DNA of 64,000 nucleotides from Scyliorhinus canicula (GCF_902713615.1 NW_024055458.1:62001-126000); one strand, 5' to 3'. Positions 10,858-22,378 are shown, counted from the first letter of the stretch. Numbers and translations: made by a program. The notes: generated from the sequence alone by a model not told the origin.

Positions 10858-10894
10858 GATACTTTGAGTTTGTAACTCTACAATGAGAGAAACC

Positions 10895-11145
10895 CTCTGT
10901 CAGAGACAGAAATGCAGATCCCCGTCACACTGCATTGCTGATCCGACCAATGAGAGGAATGAACAGGCAACAGCAATCTCTCCAGTAACACAATTGGGTC
11001 AGAATGAGAGCAGCAACCGGAAGCAGTGGGCGGGGATACCGCAGTCTGAATATTGAGTGAAGTGTGCGGTGACTCTCAGCTGCACTCGGAATTGATGGAG
11101 CGGAAATAGCGACGGTTGAATCTTCCCTACACCGTAACCATCCTG
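10895..11145 (-). promoter_or_regulatory. Family-A V upstream module
   Basis: Directly upstream of the V6 ATG; contains E-box CAGGTG, ETS-like GCGGAAAT and ACCGGAAGC, and CCAAT. Confidence 0.65.
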
Positions 11146-11629
11146 CACCTGCTCATCGTGCAAGTCACTGAGAAGAAATAGATCGGGAGAGAGATGAATG
11201 GACTAGAATTCAGAATGTTCTAGTCAGCGATGAGTCCACACGATCTATATTGCCCAATACACTTTGAAATCATTATCTTATTCTTCTTTCAAAAACAGCA
11301 TTTTCTACATACCCCAGTTATTCCCGTTACATTTGTGTAGTTACTTCTTAAAGTTATTGTTGAAGATTCTTCTGCCTTTATTTAGATCCGCCCTCTATAG
11401 TTTAACAAATCGCAGTGTAATAGACGGAATTACCCTGGTCTTTATTTCTCATCAATGGTTGTATTATCTAAGGATCTGCTCGGGGAAACAGCTCCGTGTG
11501 ATCTTCATTAACACCCCACTTACATTTCAGCAGCTCCGTTCAGTCTCTCCTTCACTTTCTTTGACCTAAGGAGAGGCGGCCGTGTGACGCCATCATCAGC
11601 TTCCCTGCCTCAGCCCCTTAGTCGTCGAG

Positions 11630-12160
11630 TTTTACAGCAAAGAACAGGCCCTTTGGCCCATTGTGTTTGCCCCGGCCATCAAGTACCTATATAGTCTAAA
11701 GCAATTTCCTCGCACTTGGTCCGTAGCCTTCTATGTTATAGAGGTCCAAGTCCTCATCTCAACGCTTCTTAAGTGTGTGTTCCAGGTTCTCACTACGCTT
11801 AAATTCCTTCCAAATTCCTATCCCTTACTTTAAATCTATGCCCCCTGGTTGTTGCCCGCTCTACTGAGGGGAAAAGTTTCTTCCTATCTATGTTCCTCAG
11901 AATTTTGAACACCTCGATCAGATCCTCCGCAACATTCTCTGCTTTGAGGGCAATAATCCCAGCCTATTCAGCCTCTTTTCACAACTGAAACACTCCTGCC
12001 CAAAAAGCTTCCTGATTAATCTCCTCTGCACCCTCTCTGGTGCAATCATATTCTTCCCATAGTGTGGTGACCATATGTGCAGCCAATACTTCAGCTGCGG
12101 GTGAACCAGCCTTCTATACAGCTCCAAAATAACCTCCCTACTCTTATGTTCCACGCCTCA
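11630..12160 (-). mobile_element. CR1-type LINE fragment
   Basis: ORF remnant ILELYRRLVHPQLKYW..WSPHYGK..ERVQRR, typical of the CR1 ORF2 C-terminus. Confidence 0.8.
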
Positions 12161-12939
12161 GGGCTGGCAGGGGAGTTCTATAGCAGATCGTATGTGTGAG
12201 CACCTCACCTGGACATCAAGCGGTTGTGATGTCGGGTGCCAGTGAGCTCTGAAGAGCAAGCACAACGACCAGTGGGTGCAAGGTGTCAGCCAGCAATGTG
12301 TTGGGGGGGGGGGTGAACTTGAGGGGTGGCAGGCGGACCTGATGCCAAGAGAGAGGTGGTAACTTACCCTTGCAGGTCACTGGAGGTCATTGGTCTTTTT
12401 CCTACATTGGACGACGGTCCCCCTTGCCATGCTGTCCCACTGACAGTCATTGTCACTGCCTCCCAGGTGGTATTGGTGCCTCTGCTGCTGGCCCTCTGAC
12501 ACCCCCCCCCCCCCCCCGGAACAGGATGTCCCGTCTCATGCATCCACAGCATCGAAAAGCTTGGCCAGGTAGGCATCGCCAAAGCGAGATGCAGCTCTAC
12601 GTACTGCCATGCTTGTGTGTTGACTGCAGTGAATGGTGAGGGAGCATTTAAGAGCAGCCCTCCCCCCACCCCCCTCCTTAGATGAGGTGCGGATCCAGCG
12701 AATCTGACGACGTGGCAGCCAGTAATGGTGAGAAGCTCATGGGGGCGACTTTCCAACACCGAGTGCCCTTAAATATGGGCTGCGATCTCGCCAATGCGGC
12801 CATTGAGAAACATCCTGCCAATTGCGCCCCAAACGACTCTTTTTCCCCCATTAAATCACGCTATAGGTTGATTTATTTTATCATGGCACTGCTAAAATAA
12901 CACTAATAGAACAGAAAAAATTTATATTGATATATCATG

Positions 12940-13450
12940 ACCTTCTCGCATCTGTCATATTCACCTCCAAACACTTAGTCGATATGCAATGAGTTTCTTA
13001 AATATACGTTGTCTCATTAATCACCTCTGCATCCTGGTGCAATGGCATCCTTCCCATAATGTGGCGACCAGATGTGCACAAAATACGCCAGCTGCGGTCT
13101 AACCAGGGTTTTATACAGCTCCATAATAACCTCCCGACTCTTATGTTCCATGCGTCGGCTAATAAAGACAAGCATCCCATATGTCATCTTCTCCACCTTA
13201 TGTACTTGTCCTGTTGCCTTCGGGGATCTACGGACATGAACCCCAAGGTCCTCTTGCTTCTATACTTCTTGGCGTCCTGCCGTTCATTCTGTATTTTCTT
13301 GTATTGTTAGTCCTCCCAAAATGCATCATCTCACCCTTTTCAGGGTTAAATTTCATTTGCCACTGTTCTGCCCATCTGGCCCGTCCGCCTATATCATCCT
13401 GAAATCTAAACCTTTCCTCCTCGCTATTTAGAACACCACCCATTTTCATG
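12940..13450 (-). mobile_element. CR1-type LINE fragment (RT end)
   Basis: Remnants WAEQWQMKFNPEKGEMMHFGRTN and LLWSCIKPWLDRS. Confidence 0.8.
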
Positions 13451-13760
13451 TTGTCTGTGAACGACGGTTGGGGTTGTCTCAGGGGACTGGAAATCCAGAA
13501 CACACTGGATTCCTGTTCGAGCTCTGGAATAGGTGCGACCGGACTCTCAGTGCAATGGATTGGACCTGGGTCAGAGAAAGAAATAATGAGCAGGATCCAG
13601 ATTTAAATAGTCAATTCTCATTCCTGACATTGATGTTTTGACAAACAAATCAATAATTACAGCGTTAATGTAAACCTACTTGTGTCAATAAAAATTACTA
13701 TATTATAAACCTTGGGTCCATCCAGTAACCCCCATTCGGAACCAGATTGGACAGAATCCA

Positions 13761-13840
13761 CCAGCAGAGGGCGCAAAGCCCAAGCTTGATGATTGGAAAG
13801 TCACATGAGACCAACAACAGAGGTATCCTCAGTGATGTCA
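13761..13840 (+). promoter_or_regulatory. Family-B promoter: perfect CTCF motif (13761-13774) and decamer (13831-13840)
   Basis: CCAGCAGAGGGCGC and AGTGATGTCA. Confidence 0.7.
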
Positions 13841-13963
13841 CAATGGGCCTGACCCCGTGCTGTGACTGGGTGGAACAATGAACTGAACAGAATCCGGGCT
13901 CTCTCTCCTTCCAAAAATCTGACTCATTTCATTCCCATTCACTGAGCGATTCAATCACTCAAA

Positions 13964-14230
13964 ATGCTGGCAGTGCTCTTGCACAGTAAGTACTAGATTA
14001 TACTCATCAGTACAGTTTAACAGATTGATGAGAATTGACGCACACTCATACAGTTAATAGAGGGTTACCTCCTTCAGCCGGGTTAATTTCATCCCAGGCC
14101 CACGGAGAACAAATTTTGGCAGATTTGTTTATCCTTCTGCTCTTTTGATGCTTTACATTGACAGGCAGACTATTTGCAGATCCAGTGACACAGTGTCGAC
14201 TGTCAGAAGCCGTGTTAAATGGGCCTCAGT
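13964..14230 (+). pseudogene. Truncated family-B V pseudogene
   Basis: Short leader MLAVLLH/A-GT (13964-13985), acceptor at 14164, exon RLFADPVTQCRLSEAVLNG, then replaced by the family-A upstream module. Confidence 0.75.
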
Positions 14231-14261
14231 TGCTTTATGGCCCTCCCGCTCGATTTCTTCT

Positions 14262-14565
14262 CAGTGGCTTGAACAGTGAGCAGGTGCAGGATGGTCACAG
14301 TCTTCTGCAGATTCATCCCTTCCTATTTCCGCTCCGAGTGTAGCTGAGTGTCAGCACACACGTCACTCTGAGTCTGCGGTATCCCCGCCCACAGCTTGCG
14401 GATGCTGCTCTTGCTCTGGCCCAATTGTGTCAGTGGAGAAGTTGCTGTCGCTGCCATTGGCTGGATCAGCAGTGCAGTGTGACGGGTGTCTGCATTTCTG
14501 CCTCTGCCATTGGCTAGATGAGCAATGCCGTGTGACGGGGATCGGTATTTCTGCCTCTGACAGAG
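14262..14565 (+). promoter_or_regulatory. Family-A V upstream module
   Basis: Directly upstream of the V8 leader; E-box CAGGTG at 14281. Confidence 0.65.
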
Positions 14566-14601
14566 GATTCCTCTCACTGCAGAGTTCCAGACTCAGGAAG
14601 G

Positions 14602-15105
14602 ATGATGGAGAACCGGCTCGCTCAGATGCTCATCATTATCTCACTTCTCAGTAAGTATTTCCTTCCCAGTAAAACTCCATTCTCCTCCTGGCTGCTGTAA
14701 ACCTGACGTTATTGTTGGTAAAAACAATAATGACGGTGAAGATTAAGTTGATCAATTTGGGGTTGATACTGATTGTTGCTTTAATCTATTTTTTATGTCA
14801 GATTGGAGCCACCAGGACACAGTGGAGCAGCCGGATGCTGAAATAAAGATTGAAGAGGAAAGTAATGTCACACTAACCTGCAACTTGAAGACAAGCGCTT
14901 CTAACCCGTATGTGTACTGGTACAGTCAGAGTCCCGGGAAGGCTCCACAATACATTCTTCGTGTTCTGGGAAAGAACCTGTTCAGAGACACTGACATCAC
15001 CGATCGCTTTTCAGCTACCTTAAATAAAACTGCCAAGATTAGCGAGCTCATGATAGGCAACACGCTGATGTCTGACAGCGCATTGTATCTTTGTGCCTTG
15101 CAGCC
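14602..15105 (+). CDS. TCR V gene V8 (family A), intact (leader 14602-14650, V exon 14802-15105)
   Basis: MMENRLAQMLIIISLL/N, WSHQDTVEQ..LTC..YWYSQ..DSALYLCALQP; paralogue of V6. Confidence 0.95.
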
Positions 15106-15143
15106 CACACTGCTACAGATATAGCGGGTCCCGTACAAAAACC
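15106..15143 (+). promoter_or_regulatory. RSS of V8 (22 bp spacer)
   Basis: CACACTG + 22 bp + ACAAAAACC. Confidence 0.9.
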
Positions 15144-15369
15144 CAACAGTCAGAGTTAAGGTTAGTGCCCAGCAAAGAAACAATAATCCGGCCTCCACAG
15201 TGACAGTCACAGTCGGAGACCATTAGAAACTTTCAATAAATCGACCCCTACTGCACAGTATCCCAGATGTGATCCCACTCAAACTCTCTACAACTGAAGC
15301 ATTGCCTTCATGTTTTTTGATGAGTTCACCTCACAATGAACAACAATATTCCCATTATTTGCTACACCT

Positions 15370-15670
15370 GTAAACTGGCGTTTGTGATTCACGCACTCGA
15401 AACCCAGATCCCTCTGAATCTCAGTCCACTGCAATTGCTCAGATAGTCAGCTTCTCTGTGTGTCTACTTCCCAAAATTAATAATTTCATATTTTCCACAT
15501 TATATTCTGTTTGCCAGATCTTTGTCCATTCACTTACCCTATCCATGCCCTTTTATAGGCCCCGAAGGTCTTCTTCAACATTTACTTTCCTACATCTCTC
15601 TCTGTGGTCAGCAGATTGAGCAACTATACCATCCAAGTCATTTATCTAAATTGTAAACGTTCGAAGGCCC
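15370..15670 (-). mobile_element. Decayed CR1-type LINE fragment
   Basis: ..ATTTTCCACATTATATTCTGTTTGCCAGATCTTTGTCCATTCACTTA.. resembles the CR1 RT region at 13.3-13.4 kb. Confidence 0.55.
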
Positions 15671-16418
15671 AGTACTAAACACATACTGACAAACAGAAAA
15701 ATATCCAGTTTGATGTTCGTTGTGGATTTCAGGAAAAGGTTACAGAAATACAGGTCCCGGGACCCCAGCTGAGGCAGCAAAAACAAACTGGGAACGACCC
15801 CCTCTATCACAGGGCAGAAAATGTGTATCAGAGTTTGAACAAGCTGTTGTCGGGACGGGAGCTTGCAGCGTTACCGCGAGTCCTTTGTCGATAGTTTGAC
15901 GTTGATAACAGGAAATACTTTGGGACCACCTTGCCCTCTGGCGGGGTTCCCAGTGGGAGAGTATTACATGGGCAGAATGGTGGAAAGGATGTAAATTTAC
16001 TTATAGAGCAATATCCAATGGCACTTCTTCAGAAGCCGCTTTTCAAACCATAAAATGTCGAATTATCAAGGAAGATTGAATGATGTTAAGGCCGTTTTAC
16101 ATTATTTCTGAGTCATTTCATTTATGATTTTAACTGATCGTTAACTCGATGCATCACAATCGTTATTTTTCACTTTTTTCCACTTCACTTTTCATTGTTA
16201 CAGAATGTTCTGTGCTGTTCTTTCACTCATTCCGTTAATATGTTAACACTTTCCCTTTCTTCGACTATATTTCCAACTCTCTTCATATTTCTCCCTCTTT
16301 AACTCTTCCGCTTCTATATACGTGTTGTTCTCATTCCCCCTTCCCATGGAATACAACACCCCGCTTCATGAAACGCCGATATTGCAGCCACAGCGAAGCG
16401 AGTTTGTAAGACGGTGCA

Positions 16419-16457
16419 GGTTTTTGTATGGGGTCTCCCTCTGTTAGTTACACTGTG
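16419..16457 (-). promoter_or_regulatory. Consensus 23-RSS of V9
   Basis: CACAGTG + 23 bp + ACAAAAACC. Confidence 0.97.
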
Positions 16458-16790
16458 CCTCACAGCGCAGAGATAGGTGGCAGCGTCTGTAACATGCGCC
16501 TCTCTCACAGTCAGGATACTGAGCTTGTTGTCTCCACCGATTGAAGCTGTAATCCTCCCGTGTTGATCGGTTCCTCTTGTGGCCATCACCAGATGCTGGG
16601 GTGCCTGGTTCGGGTACTGTCTGTACCAGAATACGATGTTAAATGCATTGCTGCTGGTGCAGTTCATGGACACATTATCCGTTTCACTAACAACCATCCA
16701 CCCAGGGAGCTGCTGCACCTCATCTTCTCCGCTCACCACCGTGCAGATCAGCGTGAAACACAGCAAAATGCCTGTGTGAACCCGAAGCAT
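16458..16790 (-). CDS. TCR alpha-like V gene V9, leader and V in one exon
   Basis: Uninterrupted ORF MLRVHTGILLCFTLICTVVSG-EDEVQQ..MNC..FWYRQ..DAATYLCAVR. Confidence 0.9.
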
Positions 16791-17007
16791 TATCAGTTCA
16801 CACGCAATACCGAGCTCGGCTCAGAACCGGGAGGTGAATACTATATTCTGAAAAATTAACCGGGAGCTCAGCGACGTGTTTCTGTTGAACTAAATAAATG
16901 AGCTGAGCATTTCTTAGGGTTTAACCACCCAGTCTCCACGTTTCACACTGACACCAGCTTGCACTGCCTCTGAACACGCACCTGTCCTCCCACCTTAAAT
17001 ACTTATC

Positions 17008-17031
17008 ATACATCACTCTGCTCTCTGGCGT
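17008..17031 (-). promoter_or_regulatory. V9 promoter: CTCF-like motif (17018-17031) next to decamer-like AGTGATGTAT (17008-17017)
   Basis: ACGCCAGAGAGCAG followed by AGTGATGTAT, about 220 bp upstream of the ATG. Confidence 0.45.
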
Positions 17032-17162
17032 TGGATACTGCTAAGGACACGGTGCAATTATTCACTTGAACTGCCGACAAGTTGCAGTTCACGAAAAAGG
17101 AACGAATGAGAACATGTATTCCCTCCTTCCTGTTACAGCTATTTTATTGCGGGAGATGAAAA

Positions 17163-17338
17163 AAATGAATGAAAATCGCTTCAAAGTAGGCTTCAAATGA
17201 AGTTACTGTGAAAAGCCCCAGTCGCCACATTCCGGGGCCTGTTCGGGGAGGCTGGTACGGGAATTGAACTGTGCTGCTAGCCTGCCTTGGTCTCCTTTAA
17301 AAGCCAGCGATTTAGCCCAGTGTGCTAAACCAGCCCCT
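17163..17338 (-). mobile_element. SINE family 2
   Basis: Reverse complement of the 337-504 element. Confidence 0.85.
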
Positions 17339-17355
17339 AAATGTGAAGAACTTGA

Positions 17356-17430
17356 TGTTTCTGCCCGGTTTCGAAGCGGGGACCTTTCACGTGGGTTAGG
17401 CGAATGTGATAACCACTACACTACAGAAAC
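17356..17430 (-). pseudogene. Isolated tRNA-Val pseudogene
   Basis: GTTTCTGTAGTGTAGTGGTTATCACATTCGCCTAACCCACGTGAAAGGTCCCCGCTTCGAAACCGGGCAGAAACA; 2-nt insertion in the anticodon loop. Confidence 0.85.
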
Positions 17431-17770
17431 AGCTCAGAGACTAATTCTCACCTTCATGTCTGCTGTCCACCGATTGCGGTGCCTTTTGCTCACTCACTCT
17501 TCCTGCAAATCTGACCAGTCGGTTTGAGAAGACGAAGATCCTGATGAAGGTCCTTATATCATTTTCCAATTTGAACCCGTCAAATGCGAACTCGTCTATC
17601 TATGGGACATTTGTAACATCCCAACAGTAATAGCAGCAGTGAAAACTCATGATAATAAATAACTTTTTTAAAGATTCAAGTTTCATATCAGTGTTAAAAT
17701 AATGTTTCTGTTTCCGCATTGGCTCCCTCCATCACATTTTCTTCACTAAAGATACTCACCCAGTCTCTCA

Positions 17771-17784
17771 CTGCCCTCTGGCGG
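17771..17784 (-). promoter_or_regulatory. CTCF-like motif
   Basis: CCGCCAGAGGGCAG; a near-identical motif (CCGCCAGAGGGCAA) lies at 15931-15944 on the minus strand. Confidence 0.5.
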
Positions 17785-18276
17785 CAGCTATAATCACTAC
17801 AATGTGCGCTTAAAAATACCTGTCCCATTTCTGGAACCTCAGGTCGTAAGACATAGGGGCAGAATGAGGCCATTTGGCCCATCACGTTTGCTCCGCCGGT
17901 CAAACACAGCTGATGTACTTCTCATACCCAATCTCCTGCCTTCTCCGCATAACCCTGGTTCCCTTATTAATCAAGAAGCTGACAATCTCTGTCCAGTGTG
18001 GGGGCAGCTGATGCTCAGTGAGGTAAGAAGCACCGATTTTTGCGGCACTAGCTGGCGGAAGGGAAGTGTTTAAAGGGACAGTTAAAAAGGCAAGTGGGAC
18101 AGACAAGGCGGGGTATCGGACGGCGGGGGGGGGGGGGGTGAGTGGGGGGATACAATGGGGAGGGCGGTGCGTTGGTCGAACAAGGCGGTGTCGGGTCAGA
18201 CCAGAGAGCCTCGGAACAGAGAGGAAGGGGGGGGGGCTTCGAATGGGAGTCGCAGGAGTCGAGTGGGATCGGAGGG

Positions 18277-18750
18277 AGGAGGGTCAGGCTGGACTGGAGT
18301 GGGAGGGTCAGGCTGGACAGGAGTGGGAGGGTCAGGATGGGCTGGAGTGGGAGGGTCAGGCTGGACTGGAGGGTCAGGCTGGACTGGAGTGGGGGGGGGG
18401 TCAGGCTGGACTGGAGTGGGTGGGTCAGGCTGGACTGGAGTGGGAGGGTCAGGCTGGACTGGAGGGTCAGGCTGGACTGGAGTGGGGGGGGGGTCAGGCT
18501 GGACTGGAGTGGGTGGGTCAGGCTGGACTGGAGTGGGAGGGTCAGGCTGGAGTGGGATGGTCCGGCTGGACTGGAGTGGGAGAGTCAGGCTGGACTGGAG
18601 TAGGAGGGTCAGGTTGGACTGGAGTGGGAGGGTCAGGCTGGAGTGGAGTGGGAGGGTCAGGCTGGACTGGAGTGGGAGGATCAGACTGGACTGGAGTGGG
18701 AGGGTCAGGCTGGACTGGAGTGGGGGGGGGGGGTCATGCTGGACTGGAGT
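18277..18750 (+). repeat. G-rich 24-bp minisatellite (GGCTGGACTGGAGTGGGAGGGTCA)n
   Basis: About 20 units with 18- and 26-bp variants, and a twice-repeated 92-bp higher-order block. Confidence 0.95.
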
Positions 18751-19368
18751 GTGGATAGGGGGGTTGCCAGGCATTTTTGCCCATCCAGTCTGCACGGACC
18801 CGCTGAATGAGCACCCTACCTCGGCCCATTCCCCAGCCCTCACCCTGCAACCCCACTTAACGTTCACATCCTTGGAGACTAAGGGGCAATTTTCGAATGG
18901 CTAATCCAGTTAGCCTGCACATTCATGGTTTTCACGGCTCAGTATATCATCATATTCGCAAGGCCTAATGTTGACGCAAAATACAGAGTTTTCATCCAAA
19001 CGCCATTGTTTACAAAAATGCCCACCAAATTCATTCGAATGTCCTTTGTCCCGCTGGGCGAAACAACTGCCCACCTCACATTATAAATAAGCCTATTCCT
19101 GTTAACCTATTTTAGGATTAGCATGGAGATTAATCAATTTAATTTGTTGCTTTCGATCTACGCCAACAGGATCAATTGGAGATCGAATGCCCTGTGAGAA
19201 CATTGGTTGAATGGAAGAGAAAAGGAGCTTACAGGCAATTCGATGTGACCCGATGACGTTGTGAGCAATGTACCAATCACCAGCTACTCGGATGTGACTC
19301 AACCTCTTCTAAACTCTTGACGAAAACACTTTCATCCTCAACCATTTCTGTTCAAAGCTGCCACGATC

Positions 19369-19553
19369 TGAAATGAAATGAAATGAAAATCGCTTATTGT
19401 CACGAGTAGGCTTCAATGAAGTTACTGTGAAAAGCCCCTAGTCGCCACATTCCGGCGTCTGTTCGGGGAGGCTGGTACTGGAATTGAACCGTGCTGCTGG
19501 CCTGCCTTGGTCTACTTTCAAAGCCAGCGATTTAGCCCAGTGTGCAAACCAGC
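19369..19553 (-). mobile_element. SINE family 2 ending 4 bp before the V10 ATG
   Basis: Reverse complement with (TGAAA)n tail at 19369 and head at 19553. Confidence 0.85.
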
Positions 19554-19557
19554 AAAC

Positions 19558-20451
19558 ATGTCGCCTGTTACTGTGTATTTATTCTTCACAGCGGCGGCTC
19601 TTTTAACCGGTAAGTTCACAAGTTGCTCAACTCTTTCTGTCGCAGCTTTTCCATACATGACATTCTGTCAGACAGGTCGCTCAATACAAGGGGGTGGGTG
19701 TGGGTGGTCGGACATATAGATTGACCCCAACTTCGAAACGTCATCCGGATCTTGTTGGTCTCAGCACAGAACACTGTTTGCTGGAAGTCGGCACATTTCC
19801 CAAGGGAATGAGAGCGGGAGAGTTGGGCTGAGATTGAAGCTTCTCTGCTGCTAGTGAATGACCTTGACAAACTGCGGACTGTCAAACCCACAGACCATTA
19901 GTACTTTCCGCTTCCAGTTACAGTGACTGAAGCTGAGGACCGGACCTCGTTAGAAAGACCGGACTTAAAAGATTTACAATTTCCAAACATTTTCCCGTTA
20001 CAGCCACTAAGCTGTGTGATATATATTTCTGTTCTGCTGTCTGTTCACTATCTGAGGCTATTGTTCAGGATAACGGGACGATTCTGCGGTATAGACTCAG
20101 TGAATTAGCATTGTTTAATTGAAAATCACTTTGGGTTCTTACAGGACATTGTCGAGGAGATTCCGTTTCTCAGACACCGGCTGCTGTCACAGCGAGTAAA
20201 GGAGAAGATGTTCAGTTGTTCTGTAATTATACAGCTACAAGCACGAACACTTATTACCTATTTTGGTACCGTCAGTATCCCAGCGGATCCATGGAGTACC
20301 TGCTCCAGATTAGTAAATACACCGGGAACATAGAGAGATCCCCTGGGGACCGTTTTTCAGCTGAGCTCAATGATACAATCCGCACCGTCCTGCTGAATGT
20401 GTCTAAAACAGAGCTGACATACTCCGCGGTGTATTACTGCGCACTGAGCCC
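19558..20451 (+). CDS. TCR alpha/delta-type V gene V10, intact (leader 19558-19609, 535-bp intron, V exon 20145-20451)
   Basis: MSPVTVYLFFTAAALLT/G, HCRGDSVSQ..LFC..FWYRQ..YSAVYYCALSP. Confidence 0.92.
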
Positions 20452-20490
20452 CACAGAGACACAGAGCTGGGCTGAACCTGTACAAAAACT
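20452..20490 (+). promoter_or_regulatory. 23-RSS of V10
   Basis: CACAGAG + 23 bp + ACAAAAACT. Confidence 0.92.
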
Positions 20491-20822
20491 GTCAAAGTGT
20501 CACTCAACATAACAGAGCGTGAGGCAAAACGGTGATCAGCGGCGAATCTGTAATGGCGCCTGAAATCGAGGTGATATCTCAACTTTTCAATTACAATATT
20601 TATAGAACTTCAGGTTGCAAAGTGTTTCACCGTCACTGTTATAATACAATGTGGAAAACCTTGCAGCCAATTGGTCCCAGCATATCATTCCATACAGTAA
20701 TATTTAATAGCCTCGCTGTTACAGTAATTGTGATTGGTGGATGGATATTGGACAGGGCATTTCTCATGTTTTTTTTTTGGAAATGGTGGCCATGAGATAT
20801 AAATGCCTCCATTGTTATGTCT

Positions 20823-20985
20823 CACTGTGTCTGCTTCGCACAGAGATACATTCCGGAGGAAAGCTGTGTCCTCAATTTAACATATTATCCAGAGGCCAGG
20901 AACTCTGACTGTGCAGCATTCCCTGAGGGATGCACCGTCTCCTCGGTAAATTCCCGGTTGTTGTTTCTGACGGGCTCCCGGTGTC
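20823..20985 (-). pseudogene. Internally deleted V pseudogene (V13 family)
   Basis: Acceptor at 20986, GDGASLR..C..LW remnant, then SGMYLCAKQ (near-identical to V13) and CACAGTG at 20823-20829; no nonamer. Confidence 0.75.
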
Positions 20986-21270
20986 CTGTTGAGAGGAAAG
21001 AACCTCTGAACAGACTGGAGACAGAATCCTGGAAAATTTCAGGAGGTGGTGACCTCTCATTAACCCAATCTGGGAAAAGGAGACTGGAAAAAAGAAAAGG
21101 GAATTAATAAGAAATTAATGATCTCCATGGAAAAAGGAGGACAATTAATTTAACCCCTGGAGTAAATTATTCCTCGGTAAGCGAACGATTTTTACTGATG
21201 TCGCGCCTTTTACCGACTCCGGAATCCCGAAAGCACTTTCCAACCTCAGGACGTTCATTTCATTCCAGGT

Positions 21271-21615
21271 AGGGCAGCACGGTTGCATAGTGATTAGCAC
21301 AAATGCTTCACAGCTCCAGGGTCCCAGGTTCGATTCCCGGCTGGGTCACTGTCTGTGTGGAGTCTGCACGTCCTCCCCCTGTGTGCGTGGTTTACTCCGG
21401 GTCCTCTGGTTTCCTCCCACAGTCCAAAGGTGTGCAGGTTAGGTGGATTGGCCATGATAAATTGCCCTTAATGTCCAAAATTGCCCTTAGTGTTGGTTGA
21501 GTGGAGTTACTGGGTTATGGAGATAGGGTGGTGTGGGCTTGGGTAGGGTGCTCTTTTCGAGAGCCGGTGCAGATTCGATGGCCCGAATGGCCTCCTGCAC
21601 TGTAAATTCTATGAT
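21271..21615 (+). mobile_element. HE1-like SINE, full length
   Basis: GGGCAGCACGG head, V core, ..GGCCTCCTGCACTGTAAATTCTATGAT tail. Confidence 0.85.
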
Positions 21616-22378
21616 CTATGATTTCCACTGCAGTCGGTGTTGTGATGTCGGAGATATTATCAACACAGAGGCATTGGGAATGTTTAGTTCTCCGACAGAA
21701 AGTGTTGTCATCCTAATGCTTGAGCAAAGCGATTTGAGAGCCTAGGTATTTTCCTGGCACTTTGACCTTGTTGCAAATAGTAACCAGAACATTCTGTGAC
21801 GAATTGGTGGACATCCCTTTCTCTCTCTCTCCATAAAATATTGAGGAATCACATTGATTTGAAACCTGTTAAATCTCTTAGTCAGACCACCCAGTGATAT
21901 TGGAATAAAACAATTTATTGTGTTCACTGTCTAAGTGCCCACTGTCATCCTCCTCATCCTCCAGGTACCATGACCACAGGTGGCGCTGGTTGACCATGGG
22001 CTTCCATTAGATTGACCCATGATTATGTTTGACTGCAGTACTTTCAATTGCCTCCTGCAGTTTGGTTGACTGGAAAACTCTCCAGCTCTTACGACCTGTC
22101 ATTGGGTATAATGGAAGAGTTTACAAGCTGACCATCAGTCGGTTCACCCGGCTACGGACCAGAAAGTCCTGAAGTGGGACTAGATTCCAGAGCCTCAGGC
22201 CCAGAAACGTGCTCTGTGCCAGAGCTTCTGTAATTCATACATAGGCTCTTGCCCTAAATACATATCGTTTACCTGGAAATGACACGAAACATAGACACTT
22301 CCTGTATTCCTCAGCTGTCAGCTGTAACGGCGGTGAACTGACGCCTCTGTAAATTTTGGACACAGATAATATCGTAGC

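Noticed and set aside
11474-11503. J-segment-like string ICSGKQLRVI (three substitutions from FGSGTQLRVI)
   Set aside because: No 12-RSS upstream and no splice donor downstream; consistent with chance.
15196-15234. Extra CACAGTG downstream of V8, suggesting a D segment or second RSS
   Set aside because: No nonamer at either 12 or 23 bp.
18277-18750. Immunoglobulin switch region
   Set aside because: No AGCT/WGCW density, too short, and no C gene nearby.
18066-18904. Long Gly/Trp-rich ORFs (153-249 aa)
   Set aside because: Stop-free translations of the 24-bp minisatellite in several frames.
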